The notes under the pieces: generated by a model | What the model was told of the DNA's origin: nothing | Database searches by the model: none | The model's input: the letters and a program-made list of their open reading frames with translations, nothing else | In this document: in pieces, positions 9,263-19,152 of the stretch | How positions within the stretch are numbered: position 1 is the first letter of the stretch | How the letters are laid out: every line of letters begins with the position of its first letter | Translations under genes and position numbers: made by a program | From: Dehalococcoidia bacterium | GTDB taxonomy: Bacteria; Chloroflexota; Dehalococcoidia; SM23-28-2; RBG-16-64-32 | Assembly (NCBI GenBank): GCA_963665775.2 | Contig: CAXXTF010000002.1 | Coordinates: 480,001-544,000, forward strand | Length of the DNA stretch: 64,000 nt | Direction of reading: 5' to 3'

Positions 9263-10093
9263 CTAGAGGTAGGCTTGGGAGAGTGTGACGATGAGGAGCC
9301 CCAAGGCAGCGATCCCAGCGAACTCCCCGGCCGTGCGGATACTTGGTCGATACGCCAAATGATTGTGCATTAGCCCGGTCAGCAGGTAGAAGGCCAGCAG
9401 CAGGGAGACCGCCGCGGCACCGCCCTCCAAGGGGAGAAAGTGCACCGCCCAGGCGCCCTCCGACAGAAGGATTGCGATGGCTGCCGCATACAGCAGCGTG
9501 TATGAGGTATCCATCGCCTCCTCCCGCAGAAATTCGATCGCTAATAGAAGGCTGACAGTTCCAGTGGCGAAGGTGGCTGTCACCAGGCCAAGGTCGAAGT
9601 CGTAGATAATGGCGAAGAATAGGAAGGCCGTAATGTAAGTCGCCACGTTCAGAATCAGTCGCGCAGACTGATAGCGAGGCGATTCGCGGTCGACCGAAGC
9701 GTACTCGGCGTGAAGGATCGCCCAGAATGGGATGCCGGCCAGGAAACCGGTGGCCAGGGTCCAGAAGCCCTCCGCCACCTCCTCCAGAAACAGTCCTACA
9801 GCCAGCGTGAACAGCACCGGCACGATCATGAACAATGCCGTGTCATCCAGCCGCTGGGAGCGCCCTTGTGGGTGGGAGCGGATGATCCCCCTGGTGCCCA
9901 GAGCGCTCAGACCGGAGAGGAGGAGGAGAAGCCAGTGCTGAGTAGGCTCGATCGCTAGGATGGTGGTAAGCCCTATGGCGAACAGGACCGCCATCACGTG
10001 GACGGTGTCGACATGACCCACGAGGGCGTTCAGCGCCGTTGGCACCCGCTCATCGACTCGCTCAGTCGGCCGCATGGGCGTTAATTTCTTCAC
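9263..10093 (-). CDS. Polytopic membrane protein (DUF5656-like)
   Basis: About nine hydrophobic helices. IRSHP, E.AWA..F.P and LL.FY...G motifs resemble the Chloroflexota family found next to mfd. Confidence 0.7.
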   Translation of the reverse strand: MKKLTPMRPTERVDERVPTALNALVGHVDTVHVMAVLFAIGLTTILAIEPTQHWLLLLLSGLSALGTRGIIRSHPQGRSQRLDDTALFMIVPVLFTLAVGLFLEEVAEGFWTLATGFLAGIPFWAILHAEYASVDRESPRYQSARLILNVATYITAFLFFAIIYDFDLGLVTATFATGTVSLLLAIEFLREEAMDTSYTLLYAAAIAILLSEGAWAVHFLPLEGGAAAVSLLLAFYLLTGLMHNHLAYRPSIRTAGEFAGIAALGLLIVTLSQAYL

Positions 10094-10126
10094 GGTGGCG
10101 TATGCTAATTGCTCAGATTCTGGGTG

Positions 10127-13100
10127 TCAAACCTTGAGGCTTTCCGAGCCATGGGCCCCATCTACCTTCGGATGCGCCTCTCCTACCTTGCTGGCTGCCG
10201 CCAGCTGCTCCAGCGCCCAGCGCAGCCGCTGCCGCCAGCCGTCGCCCATCTCCACCCTCAGCAGCGTCCGACCCACCTGCACCCCCCTGGGCGCCTGAGG
10301 CTCGATGGCCTCTTGGGGTAGTAGTAGCCCTTCCCTCAGCCGGACGATGGCCTCTCTATCCTCCGCCAATATCGACCGTACACCGGCCTGGGCAGCCAGC
10401 GTACGCAGAGATATGACGTACAGGAGGTTGCGAGCGGCTGGCGGCGGTTCCCCAAAGCGATCCACCATCTCCTGGCCGATAGTGCTCACCGCCTGGGGGC
10501 CGGCCGCCGCGCTCAGCCGCTGGTACAGCGCGAGACGAAGGTTGAGGTCCGGCACGTAGGAAGGCGGCAGGTGAGCGGATAGGGGTAGCTCGATGGTCAC
10601 CTCCGGTACCTCAGGGATCTCTGTTGCGGGCTCGTCCGCCGTCGTGGCCCGCAACCTCTCCACCGCCTCCGCCAGGAGCCGACAGTACAGATCGAATCCC
10701 ACGGTTGCCATGAAGCCGCTCTGCTCGCTTCCCAGGAGGCTGCCGGCGCCACGGATCTCCAGATCCCGCAGGGCGATCTGGAACCCGGCCCCCAACTCCG
10801 TCGCCTCGAAGATCGTCTGTAGTCGTTGCCGCGCTGTCGGGGTGAGCCGCGCCTTGCGATCGTATAGCAGGTAGGCGTAGGCCCTATGGGCGCCCCGGCC
10901 GACGCGTCCCCTCAGCTGATACATCTGCCCCAGCCCCAGCTTGTCGGCCTGGTTGATGATGATCGTATTGACGTTAGGTATATCCAGCCCCGACTCGATG
11001 ATGGTGGTGCAGACCAATACGTCCGTGCGGCCCCGGACAAACTCGTCCATCGCCCGCTCCAGCTCTCGCTCATCCATCTGGCCGTGGCCGATGCCTACCG
11101 TGGCCTCCGGCACGATCTCCCGCACCTTCTCCGCGATAGAGTGGATGTTGCGCACCCGGTTATGCACGAAGTATATTTGCCCGCCGCGCTCCAACTCCCG
11201 CACGATCGCTTCCCTCACCAGCCGCTCGTCGAACTCGCTGACGTAGGTCTTGATGGGGAGGCGTTCCTCCGGTGGCGTCTCCATGACGGACATATCGCGG
11301 ATGCCGCCCAGCGCCATGTACAGGGTGCGCGGTATCGGTGTGGCGGAGAGGGTGAGCACGTCCACCTCGCGCCGCATCTGCTTCAGCCGCTCTTTGTGAG
11401 AAACGCCGAACCGCTGCTCCTCGTCGATAATCACCAGCCCCAGCTCCTTGAAGGATATGTCCTTCTGTAGCAGCCGGTGGGTGCCGATAACGATGTCGAG
11501 GGCACCCGAAGCCAGCTCCCCGATAACCTGGCGCTGCTCGCTCTCTGTGCGGAAGCGCGACAGCACCTCCACGCTAACGGGGAACGCCGCCAGCCGCTCG
11601 CGAAAGGTCTGGTAGTGCTGCTGGGCCAGGACAGTGGTCGGCACCAGGATCGCTACCTGCCGGCCCTCCATAACGGCCTTGAAGGCGGCGCGGATCGCCA
11701 CCTCCGTCTTGCCGTATCCGACGTCGCCGCAGACCAGCCGGTCCATCGGCCGCGATGCCTCCATCTCTTCCTTCACCTTGGCGATGGCGGCCGTCTGGTC
11801 TGCGGTCTCCAGGTAGGGGAAAGAGGCCTCCAGCTCCGCCTGCCACGGCGTGTCCGGCGGGTATCCGTGACCCGCGATCACCTCTCGGGCGGAGTATAGG
11901 GCCAGCAGATCTACGGCCAGGGCCTGGACCGCCCCCCGGACGCGTTGCTTGGCTCGCTGCCAGTCGCTGTTGCCCAGGCGGGTCAGGTGAGGCTCCCGGC
12001 CGGGCCGGCCCAGGTAGCGGCTTACCCTGTCCACCTGGTCCGCGGGCAGGAACAGCTTGTCGCCCTCCGCGTAGCGCAGATCCAGGTACTCCCGCTCGTG
12101 GCCATCTATGGTCATCCGCACCAACCCGGCGAAGCGGGCGATGCCGTGGTCGATGTGCACCACGTAGTCGTCGTTGGCGATCTCGGCCAGGAACGCCTCC
12201 CGGTTCACCGCCTTGCGGGGCGGTGTCCGTCGCTGCTTGGCGAAGCCGAACACCTCCGAGTCGGTGATCAGCGTCATCTCCAGCCCGTCCTCGCTGAGTC
12301 GCCAGCCGCCCGAAAGCGAGCCCTGGACCAGGGTAAGCCTCGGTGGCTCCGAGCTTACATCCGATACAACCGATACGGGGGCCCCCTCGTCTGTTAGGAG
12401 CTCCGCCAGCCGCTGCGCCTGCTGGGAGACGATGACCGTGCGCGAGCCTGCCCTGTCCCGGCGCAACACTTCGGTTACCAGACGCCGCAGCTGGCCGGCG
12501 TAGGCCTCTGCCGCCGCGAAGGGTAGGCGAACGGCGTTTGGCTCCTCCCCGGTGGCCCAGCGCGAGAGCCGCAGCAGGCGAGGCATCTCCTCCAGCGCCT
12601 GACGAAGCCGCGGCCACGGTTCCAGAGGGGATGGCAGACCCCCTGGGATCTCCCCGCGCGCTTCCATCTCCAGACGGGTGGCGTCCGTCTGCCCCTGTGC
12701 CTCCTCTATGGCCGCCGCGATCTCCGTCTCCTCGTCCACGAGCGCCAGCGCGCCAGGCGGCAAGTGCTCCAGTAACGTCCCGTCCGCCAGGAAAGGAGCG
12801 TAGAAGCTATCGCCGCTGAAGCCGACTCCCTCTCTCAGGTACGAGAGCTCTTCCTCGAAGCGCTGTCGTACCCCCCGCGAGCATGCCGAGAGGTCCAGGC
12901 TGGATAGCACGCCTCCGCCGGCGCCGGGGCTCAGCACCGCTTCCCGGGCGGGCCCCAGCGTCACCTCGTCGACAGTACGCACCGAGCGCTGGGTCGCCGG
13001 GTCGAACAGGCGCAGGCTCTCCACCTCGCGCCCCACTAGCTCGATGCGCAGCGGTAGCTGTGACGCGGGCGGGAAGACGTCGATGATGCCACCACGACGG

Positions 13101-13645
13101 CTGGCCTGGCCGGCCTCCTGCACCAGGGGCTCCATCACATAACCGGCGGCGGAAAGCCTGGCCAGGAAAGCATCCATCTCCAACCGTTGACCCGCCTTTA
13201 GCCTCTGGGTGGCGTTCTGGGCCCCGCCGACCGAGAGCGTCCTCTGGGCCAGCGCCAGCGCCGAGGCGACGATCACCCGGGCCCCCGTCTTCGCCATCGC
13301 CACCGCCTGCAGACGATCCCGCACCGCGTCCGAGTCGGGCGCGAGCCGCTCATAGGGGAGATCGTCCCGCTCTGGGAACAGGAGTATCCGCTCCTGGTCT
13401 CCCAGCCATGTCGCCAGCTCCTCGGCCAGAGCCTCGGCGCCTTGTGGCCGGGGGGTAATCACGATAACCGGCGACTGCTGGTCGTGGACCAGGGCGGCCA
13501 CGGTAGCGGCCTTCGTAGGATCGTTCACGCCTACGGTGAGGCGGACGTTCGCTCCGCCGATGCGCTCTCGCAGACGAGCGAACGACGGCGCCTGCGATAT
13601 GACGGACAATAGCCCCGATAGGTTCACTGCTTCTCGGTCAGACAT
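10127..13645 (-). CDS. mfd: Transcription-repair coupling factor
   Basis: CarD-like RID (YVVHIDHGIARF), DRLVCGDVGYGKTEVA, DEEQRFGV, SATPIPRTL, QLRGRVGR, TRCF C-terminus. Start is ATG 13645 or GTG 13627. Confidence 0.98.
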   Translation of the reverse strand: MSDREAVNLSGLLSVISQAPSFARLRERIGGANVRLTVGVNDPTKAATVAALVHDQQSPVIVITPRPQGAEALAEELATWLGDQERILLFPERDDLPYERLAPDSDAVRDRLQAVAMAKTGARVIVASALALAQRTLSVGGAQNATQRLKAGQRLEMDAFLARLSAAGYVMEPLVQEAGQASRRGGIIDVFPPASQLPLRIELVGREVESLRLFDPATQRSVRTVDEVTLGPAREAVLSPGAGGGVLSSLDLSACSRGVRQRFEEELSYLREGVGFSGDSFYAPFLADGTLLEHLPPGALALVDEETEIAAAIEEAQGQTDATRLEMEARGEIPGGLPSPLEPWPRLRQALEEMPRLLRLSRWATGEEPNAVRLPFAAAEAYAGQLRRLVTEVLRRDRAGSRTVIVSQQAQRLAELLTDEGAPVSVVSDVSSEPPRLTLVQGSLSGGWRLSEDGLEMTLITDSEVFGFAKQRRTPPRKAVNREAFLAEIANDDYVVHIDHGIARFAGLVRMTIDGHEREYLDLRYAEGDKLFLPADQVDRVSRYLGRPGREPHLTRLGNSDWQRAKQRVRGAVQALAVDLLALYSAREVIAGHGYPPDTPWQAELEASFPYLETADQTAAIAKVKEEMEASRPMDRLVCGDVGYGKTEVAIRAAFKAVMEGRQVAILVPTTVLAQQHYQTFRERLAAFPVSVEVLSRFRTESEQRQVIGELASGALDIVIGTHRLLQKDISFKELGLVIIDEEQRFGVSHKERLKQMRREVDVLTLSATPIPRTLYMALGGIRDMSVMETPPEERLPIKTYVSEFDERLVREAIVRELERGGQIYFVHNRVRNIHSIAEKVREIVPEATVGIGHGQMDERELERAMDEFVRGRTDVLVCTTIIESGLDIPNVNTIIINQADKLGLGQMYQLRGRVGRGAHRAYAYLLYDRKARLTPTARQRLQTIFEATELGAGFQIALRDLEIRGAGSLLGSEQSGFMATVGFDLYCRLLAEAVERLRATTADEPATEIPEVPEVTIELPLSAHLPPSYVPDLNLRLALYQRLSAAAGPQAVSTIGQEMVDRFGEPPPAARNLLYVISLRTLAAQAGVRSILAEDREAIVRLREGLLLPQEAIEPQAPRGVQVGRTLLRVEMGDGWRQRLRWALEQLAAASKVGEAHPKVDGAHGSESLKV

Positions 13646-13723
13646 CCTCGTCCCTAACGCCTCCAAGGGCCCCGCTCCCAAGGGGGCCCACGGACGATAT
13701 TCTATCACGGCCTAGGGGTTGCT

Positions 13724-14314
13724 CTAGCGATTGTACAGGTTCATCGCCGCCTCCAGCCCCTCGCTCGTAAGAACCCCTACGGCCTCGGCTGCCGCAGTCA
13801 CGGCATCCTGCAACGCCTCCAGCTCCTGCTGCGGCGGGTCGCTCAGCACCCAGGCCGCTACGTCGTCGGGGTCCCATACGGGTTGGTCGTCCACAACCGG
13901 GCGGCCGATACCGATGCGGAGGCGGGGGAAATCTGTGCTGCCTATAGTCCCGATGATGGAGCGGAGGCCGTTGTGGCCGCCGTGGCCTCCCCTGGCCCGC
14001 AGCCGCAGCTTGCCCGGCGGCATGTCCAGGTCATCGCAGATCACCAGCAGCCGCTCGGGGCTGAGGGACGCCTGCTTGAGGACGGCCGAAACGGCATGGC
14101 CACTGCGGTTGACATAAGTGCGAGGCTTGGCCAGGACCAGCGACCGAGTGGTGCCGCTGCCTTCACCCAACGTCGCCAGACGCCGCGCCTTTAGCGGGAT
14201 GCTGTGGAGACGGGCCAGACGGTTGACGCACCAGTAGCCGACGTTGTGTCGGTTGTGCGAGTAAGAGCGGCCTGGGTTGCCCAGACCTACGATGAGCCAC
14301 CGGTCAGCGGGCAT
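13724..14314 (-). CDS. pth: Peptidyl-tRNA hydrolase
   Basis: LIVGLGNPG..Y..NRHNVG, KP.TYVN.SG, GGHNGLRSI, RLRIGIGRP. Confidence 0.97.
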   Translation of the reverse strand: MPADRWLIVGLGNPGRSYSHNRHNVGYWCVNRLARLHSIPLKARRLATLGEGSGTTRSLVLAKPRTYVNRSGHAVSAVLKQASLSPERLLVICDDLDMPPGKLRLRARGGHGGHNGLRSIIGTIGSTDFPRLRIGIGRPVVDDQPVWDPDDVAAWVLSDPPQQELEALQDAVTAAAEAVGVLTSEGLEAAMNLYNR

Positions 14315-14456
14315 GCCGCCATTTTAGCTCATCTCCTGGATCTCTTGCTGGAGCCGCTCTTGATGACTGGCTTAGGAGGAGGGAGGGAGCGGGCGCTGGC
14401 CCGAAAAGCGCGATCGAGGATGCGGGCTAGCTCGCGTAGAGTCTCCTGCGCGTCCT

Positions 14457-15980
14457 CTACGTTGGGCGAACCCCTTCCTCCAGGCGGGACATGATCGGAT
14501 TCAGGAGCGAACCGATGCGGGCCTCCACCAGGAAGCGACGCAGGTAGCCCACTAGCTCGTCGTCCAGGACCTCCGGCAGCGAGGCCAACTGCGCGGCTTG
14601 GATCACCTTCAGGAACCGCTCCACCCGGGCGTCGCCGCTCCTCTCCAGCACCTGACGTATGGTTACCGAAGAGAGCCGCGTCATCTGGCGTTCGATGGCC
14701 CGCTCAATCTGCTGAAGGATCTCTGCGGTCCGCTTTGCGGGTGGTTCCTGGTCCAGACGCAAGCGGCAGGCCGGGCAGACGGCCGCGTCGCTCAGTCCCT
14801 CATCGACACCCACGATGATCCAGCACTTGGGAGGGTCATCCAGGAGTTCCTGGTAGGCGCTCATCGTTCTCTCGTCGACCGCTGGTCCCAACTCCGTCAG
14901 GGTGTTGAGCCTGGTCAGCGCCTCCACCTGACTTTTCGCCTCCAGGAGCTGGCCACGCAGGCGGTCCAGCTCCGTCCAGTAGCTTCTGTGATGGCGTTCG
15001 TACCGGCTGCGGTAGCTCTTGTGAAAATGATCCAGCGCCGCTCGGGCAGTGTCCAGACCATGCGGTTCCGCGACGAGGCTCGCGAACTGGAGCTGCTCCA
15101 TGACGATCGCCTTGTCCAGGGCGAGATCATGGTCTGTCGGTGGAACCGCCGCCTCCCTGACGAAGGCGCGCATCGCCAGCACCTCCAGGGCATCGGGGAG
15201 CCGCTCCTCCAGCGCTCGCGCCAGGTAAGCGTCCTCCGCCAGGGAGGTCACCTTGGGACAGAGTTCGTGGGCCAGGGCTAGGAATGGCCCGCCCTCCTTG
15301 GCAACGGCCAGTCGAGAGAGGCGGTCCAGGGCAGCGGCCGGCTCCGGTTCCGCCTCTCGCCGGGCTTTACGTAGAGCCGCCTGGGCGTTGTTGATGATCC
15401 GGCCGAGCGCGCTCATCAGCTCTCCGTAGGAGCCCCGGCGAGGGGCAATGGGAGCCGTTAGAGCCACGGCTAGAGCGGTCAGATAGCCGGCGGTGGCCTG
15501 GCAAGTCAGGAGGTCCCGGGCCAGCAGCTCCAGGTGGGGCTTGCCGCTCTTGAAGACGAGCTCAGGCGTGATTGTCAGTTCCGTTGCCGCGTACAGCTTA
15601 CCCCCACGCAGGAGCTTAGCCTCCGCGGCCGTCAACGACCGCCGCGGCGCTTGCGTACGGTGTTCATAGGTGACGGCTGCTTCCCGCACGGCTGATTGCT
15701 CCCATACCGTCGGTGCAGGAGCGCAGATAACGGTTCCCGGCGGCACCTGGGGCGATCCCTCCGGCGGCTCGCTCAGGATGACGATGCAAAAGTCACCGCC
15801 ACGGCGCTCGATGTCAGCCGCTGTGGCGTCGTCCCAGCGCGTCGCTCTCAAGACGTCGCCCTCGCGCCGGTCGCCAAAGGCGTCGAGGAGAGAGATGTGC
15901 TGGGGGTCCCCCCTGGCGCCAGTGGTCTGTGGGCTGGAGACCTCAGCCTCTTGGTTTGAGCCCGGTTGCGAATGATACAT
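14457..15980 (-). CDS. Hypothetical helical protein with CxxC; probably extends to 14329 through a frameshift
   Basis: Long ORF with coding-like codon usage, VREAAVTY motif and C...CPACRLRL. A helical continuation exists in the -1 frame. Confidence 0.75.
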   Translation of the reverse strand: MYHSQPGSNQEAEVSSPQTTGARGDPQHISLLDAFGDRREGDVLRATRWDDATAADIERRGGDFCIVILSEPPEGSPQVPPGTVICAPAPTVWEQSAVREAAVTYEHRTQAPRRSLTAAEAKLLRGGKLYAATELTITPELVFKSGKPHLELLARDLLTCQATAGYLTALAVALTAPIAPRRGSYGELMSALGRIINNAQAALRKARREAEPEPAAALDRLSRLAVAKEGGPFLALAHELCPKVTSLAEDAYLARALEERLPDALEVLAMRAFVREAAVPPTDHDLALDKAIVMEQLQFASLVAEPHGLDTARAALDHFHKSYRSRYERHHRSYWTELDRLRGQLLEAKSQVEALTRLNTLTELGPAVDERTMSAYQELLDDPPKCWIIVGVDEGLSDAAVCPACRLRLDQEPPAKRTAEILQQIERAIERQMTRLSSVTIRQVLERSGDARVERFLKVIQAAQLASLPEVLDDELVGYLRRFLVEARIGSLLNPIMSRLEEGVRPT

Positions 15981-16090
15981 ATCGCAGCAATTCCCGCGGG
16001 TTTACGATCCTTACGGCGTATGGCCCTTCTGTAGATATATATCGCGGCAAAGCTAAAAACGTTAAAAATCTGGTGTCAACTCGGTTCTGG

Positions 16091-16783
16091 CTAGCGCACC
16101 ACGATCCGAGCGTCCACCGTAATGGCCCCGTCCTCATAGGCGAACACCGGATTCAGGTCCAGCTCCTCGATCTCCGGATGGGCCTCCGCGAGGTCTGATA
16201 GCTGTAGAAGCAGCCTCTCCAGCGCGCCCAGATCCGCCCGCTCCTGGCCGCGGTAGCCCTCAAGCACCGGGAACCCCTTGATCTCGTGGATCATCTGGCG
16301 GGCGTCTCGCGGCTCAAGGGGCACGATCCGGAACGAGACATCTTTCAGCACCTCCACAAGGATACCCCCTAGCCCGAACATGAGCACCGGCCCGAACTGC
16401 GGGTCCAGGCTCATCCCTACGATAACCTCGATGCCCGGACGCGCCATCGGTTGCACCGACACCCCAACGATCGGCGCTTGGGGCTGCCGCCGCTTGACCG
16501 CGGCGATGATCTCTTCGAAAGCGCTCTGAACATCCTCGTCGGAATGCAGGCCCAGTCTCACGCCGCCTACATCCGACTTATGGGTCACAGCCGGGGAGAC
16601 GATCTTCAGGGCCACGGGGTATCCAACCTCGGCGGCGGCTCGGGTCGCATCCGCGGTTGTGCGAGCCAAGCTGGCCTTGATCGTAGGGATGCCGGCCTCT
16701 TCCAGCAGCTGCTTGGACTCCACCTCCGTGAGGAGAGTGCGCCCCTGGCTCCTGGCCTTATCGATAACCTCAGCGATAGACAT
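16091..16783 (-). CDS. Acetate--CoA ligase (ADP-forming) family, ATP-grasp beta subunit
   Basis: LLTEVESKQLL, GYPVALKIVSP..THKSDVGGV, DPQFGPVLMFGLGG, ELDLNPV; SD GGAGG before ATG 16783. Confidence 0.93.
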   Translation of the reverse strand: MSIAEVIDKARSQGRTLLTEVESKQLLEEAGIPTIKASLARTTADATRAAAEVGYPVALKIVSPAVTHKSDVGGVRLGLHSDEDVQSAFEEIIAAVKRRQPQAPIVGVSVQPMARPGIEVIVGMSLDPQFGPVLMFGLGGILVEVLKDVSFRIVPLEPRDARQMIHEIKGFPVLEGYRGQERADLGALERLLLQLSDLAEAHPEIEELDLNPVFAYEDGAITVDARIVVR

Positions 16784-16869
16784 ACCCCCTCCGGCCATCA
16801 AGCGTGCCCACGAAGAGGCCCCCTGCCAGAGGCGTCACCAATAGGTGGCGCGGCAGTTCGGATGCGTTT

Positions 16870-17076
16870 TTACGGTTTGCTGCGCTGCCCGTTCGACGTC
16901 CTTCGCACCGGGGAGAGCGTCTGGCGCTGGTTATAGTTGAAGAACTCCCGGCTAGCTCCGCACAACCGGCAAGTGCCCCTACTGGTCTCCCCGGCTGGAC
17001 TCTCGATGAGCCAGTGATGCGCGCAGGGATCGTCTTCGGATGGGCCCACGTTGATGATCGCCTGGTCACCTACCAT
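16870..17076 (-). CDS. Small zinc-finger-like protein
   Basis: C-x-HHWLIE...SRG.CRLCG..REF.N pattern; SD GGAGG. Confidence 0.75.
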   Translation of the reverse strand: MVGDQAIINVGPSEDDPCAHHWLIESPAGETSRGTCRLCGASREFFNYNQRQTLSPVRRTSNGQRSKP

Positions 17077-17449
17077 TGACGGCCTCCCCTGTCACGCCGG
17101 GCCGAAGCCCCAGTCGTCAGCTCTTGGAAGCCGAATCCGCGCGAGCGATCGGCGTGGGTGCGGTAGTGGCGGGTGCGGTAACGATGGAGACCGTAGACGT
17201 ACAACCTACTCACCGGGGGGGCCTCCTCTCGATTCTCCCCGAACCCATCGGGGGAGACCTTACCGCTTGCACACCTGCCTCCAGACTCCGGTGTAGGGAC
17301 GGTGGGAGGCAGACCTTCCCCACTATACACTTTCTGTGGCCACCTGGGTAGCGCCTTCCCATACAGGAGAAGAGACGGATCAAGAGCGATCTGCGGCGGC
17401 GGCGGGTGGTGTTGGTGGCCGGGCGCTTGATCGAAGTAGTGCTTGGCTG

Positions 17450-17477
17450 GTAACTTTTCCACAATGAGTGGCGTTTT
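17450..17477 (+). promoter_or_regulatory. ECF-sigma-type (autoregulatory) promoter
   Basis: GTAAC-N17-CGTTTT upstream of the ECF sigma gene. Confidence 0.6.
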
Positions 17478-17558
17478 ACCCAGTGACGGGGAAAGTAGGG
17501 TATTATACGGGGGCAACCACCTAGCCGCAGCAAGGGGGCTAAATGGGAGGATTGCCCC

Positions 17559-18140
17559 GTGAGGCCTGACGGAGGCGCTCACGCGGAGCGCTCGCTGGTA
17601 GATTCCGCCCGAGAGGGTGACGAAGCGGCGCTCTCCGAACTCTACAATCTCTACTTCCCCCGGATATATCGTTACATCCTTGCCCGCACGGGCAACACAT
17701 ACGACGCCGAGGACCTGGCGGAAGAGGTATTTATGCGCATGCTGGCTGCCATTGAGCGGTTCGAGTGGCGAGACGCTCCTTTCTCCGCTTGGCTGTTCCG
17801 GATCGCGCACAACGCCGTGATCAGCCAGCGGCGACGGGATGGCGCCCGCGGCCCATCGGCGCCGTTATCGGAGAGCTTACCCATGAACTCGCTGGGACCA
17901 GAGGAGTTGGTGGAGAAGCGAATGGCTCTTAACGAGATCATGCGGGCGGCCGAGACGCTGCCGGATGCTCAGCGCCAGGTAATCTCGCTGCGTTTCGCGG
18001 CCGGGCTTTCGGTAGCGGAGACAGCACGGGTTATGAATAAGGGCGAGGGGAACGTAAAGGTAATACAGCACAAGGCGATCGTCAAACTGAGGGAGATGAT
18101 GGGGCAGAGGCCCAGGGTTCATGAAACCAAGAAGTCTTGA
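17559..18140 (+). CDS. ECF RNA polymerase sigma factor
   Basis: Region 2 ([20 protein letters not shown]) and region 4 ([21 protein letters not shown]); SD GGGAGG. Confidence 0.95.
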   Translation: MRPDGGAHAERSLVDSAREGDEAALSELYNLYFPRIYRYILARTGNTYDAEDLAEEVFMRMLAAIERFEWRDAPFSAWLFRIAHNAVISQRRRDGARGPSAPLSESLPMNSLGPEELVEKRMALNEIMRAAETLPDAQRQVISLRFAAGLSVAETARVMNKGEGNVKVIQHKAIVKLREMMGQRPRVHETKKS

Positions 18141-19137
18141 ACAGATTCTTGAAGAGTGTCTGTCGGCCTATCTCGAAGGGCGGCGAGGCATCAATGAGAG
18201 TCTCGCTCTCTATCCCGGCTTGGCCGAGGAGCTGGAACCGCTCCTCAGCACGGCGGTCGAGATAGCCGCCCGCGTTGACTATGGGGAGCCCCCGGCGGCG
18301 TTCCAAGAGCAACTACGAGAGCGGTTCCTGATCGCCGCGGCGACGCGCCGTCGGGAGCGGATGCGGGAGCGGAAACCGGTCGCGGCTCAATCGGGATGGG
18401 GCTGGCGGTTCAGGAGCACCTGGTCCCTGGCTGCCGGGGCCACTATAGCGGTCATCGTGGCACTGACGCTGGGCGGCATGGCCTTGCTCCGCGATGGTGA
18501 TGACGGGCCGGGTGGCGTGATCGTAGAGCTGGTGCCTACACCTTCGCCTGCAGCCGAACCAACGGCTGCCCCTTTCGCCGTGGCGGACATCACCTCTCAG
18601 CTGGAGAAGGCGCGAAGTGACCTGGCGGCGCTGCAGGCAGTGTTGGATCGAGGAGACCCTATCGAATCGGGAGAGATCGGCGCCCTGAAGGACAGCACAC
18701 AGGAGATAGTCGATCAGCTGGCCGGCGCCCCCTCGGTCCTAGAGGCGGCCTTGGGCGAAGATGACAAGGAGGCGCTAGCCTCCGTTATCAGTGACGAGTA
18801 CAAGCTGCTATCGTCGCTCGACGAAGCTGAGCTCTCGGAGGGAGAGCTCGCTGATGTGGAGGAGGCGCTGGCGCTCACCGAGGAGCTAGCCAGGAAGCTA
18901 GGCGTGCCTCTCCTAACGCCGACGCCGGAACCGACGCCTACGCCCACGCCAACCGCGACGCCCGAGCCTACACCTACACCTACCCCGACACCCGAACCGA
19001 CTTCAGAGGTTACGCCCACACCGGAGCCGGAGCCGACGCCCTCACCTACGCCGGCGCCGACCACGGAGCCCGAGGTCACACCATCGAACGCCGCGCCAGG
19101 GGCTGTACTGTTTGACACAGTCGGCGAGCAGTCATAG
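18121..19137 (+). CDS. Putative anti-sigma factor (cytoplasmic helical N-terminus, one TM, extracellular helical domain, PT tail)
   Basis: Overlaps the sigma stop. N-terminus LEECL...G...ESLA.YP..AEEL.PLL is typical of Chloroflexota sigma-linked proteins. Confidence 0.8.
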   Translation: MKPRSLEQILEECLSAYLEGRRGINESLALYPGLAEELEPLLSTAVEIAARVDYGEPPAAFQEQLRERFLIAAATRRRERMRERKPVAAQSGWGWRFRSTWSLAAGATIAVIVALTLGGMALLRDGDDGPGGVIVELVPTPSPAAEPTAAPFAVADITSQLEKARSDLAALQAVLDRGDPIESGEIGALKDSTQEIVDQLAGAPSVLEAALGEDDKEALASVISDEYKLLSSLDEAELSEGELADVEEALALTEELARKLGVPLLTPTPEPTPTPTPTATPEPTPTPTPTPEPTSEVTPTPEPEPTPSPTPAPTTEPEVTPSNAAPGAVLFDTVGEQS

Positions 19138-19152
19138 GTTTGACTGCCCGAT

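Noticed and set aside
18910-19080. Low-complexity tandem repeats (also 33110-33155, 35185-35230, 38090-38150)
   Set aside because: Ordinary Pro/Thr or Gly/Ser coding linkers.
19140-19152. 13-mer TTGACTGCCCGAT shared with the tRNA-Phe -35 region
   Set aside because: Here it abuts the greA ATG with no matching -10; probably chance.
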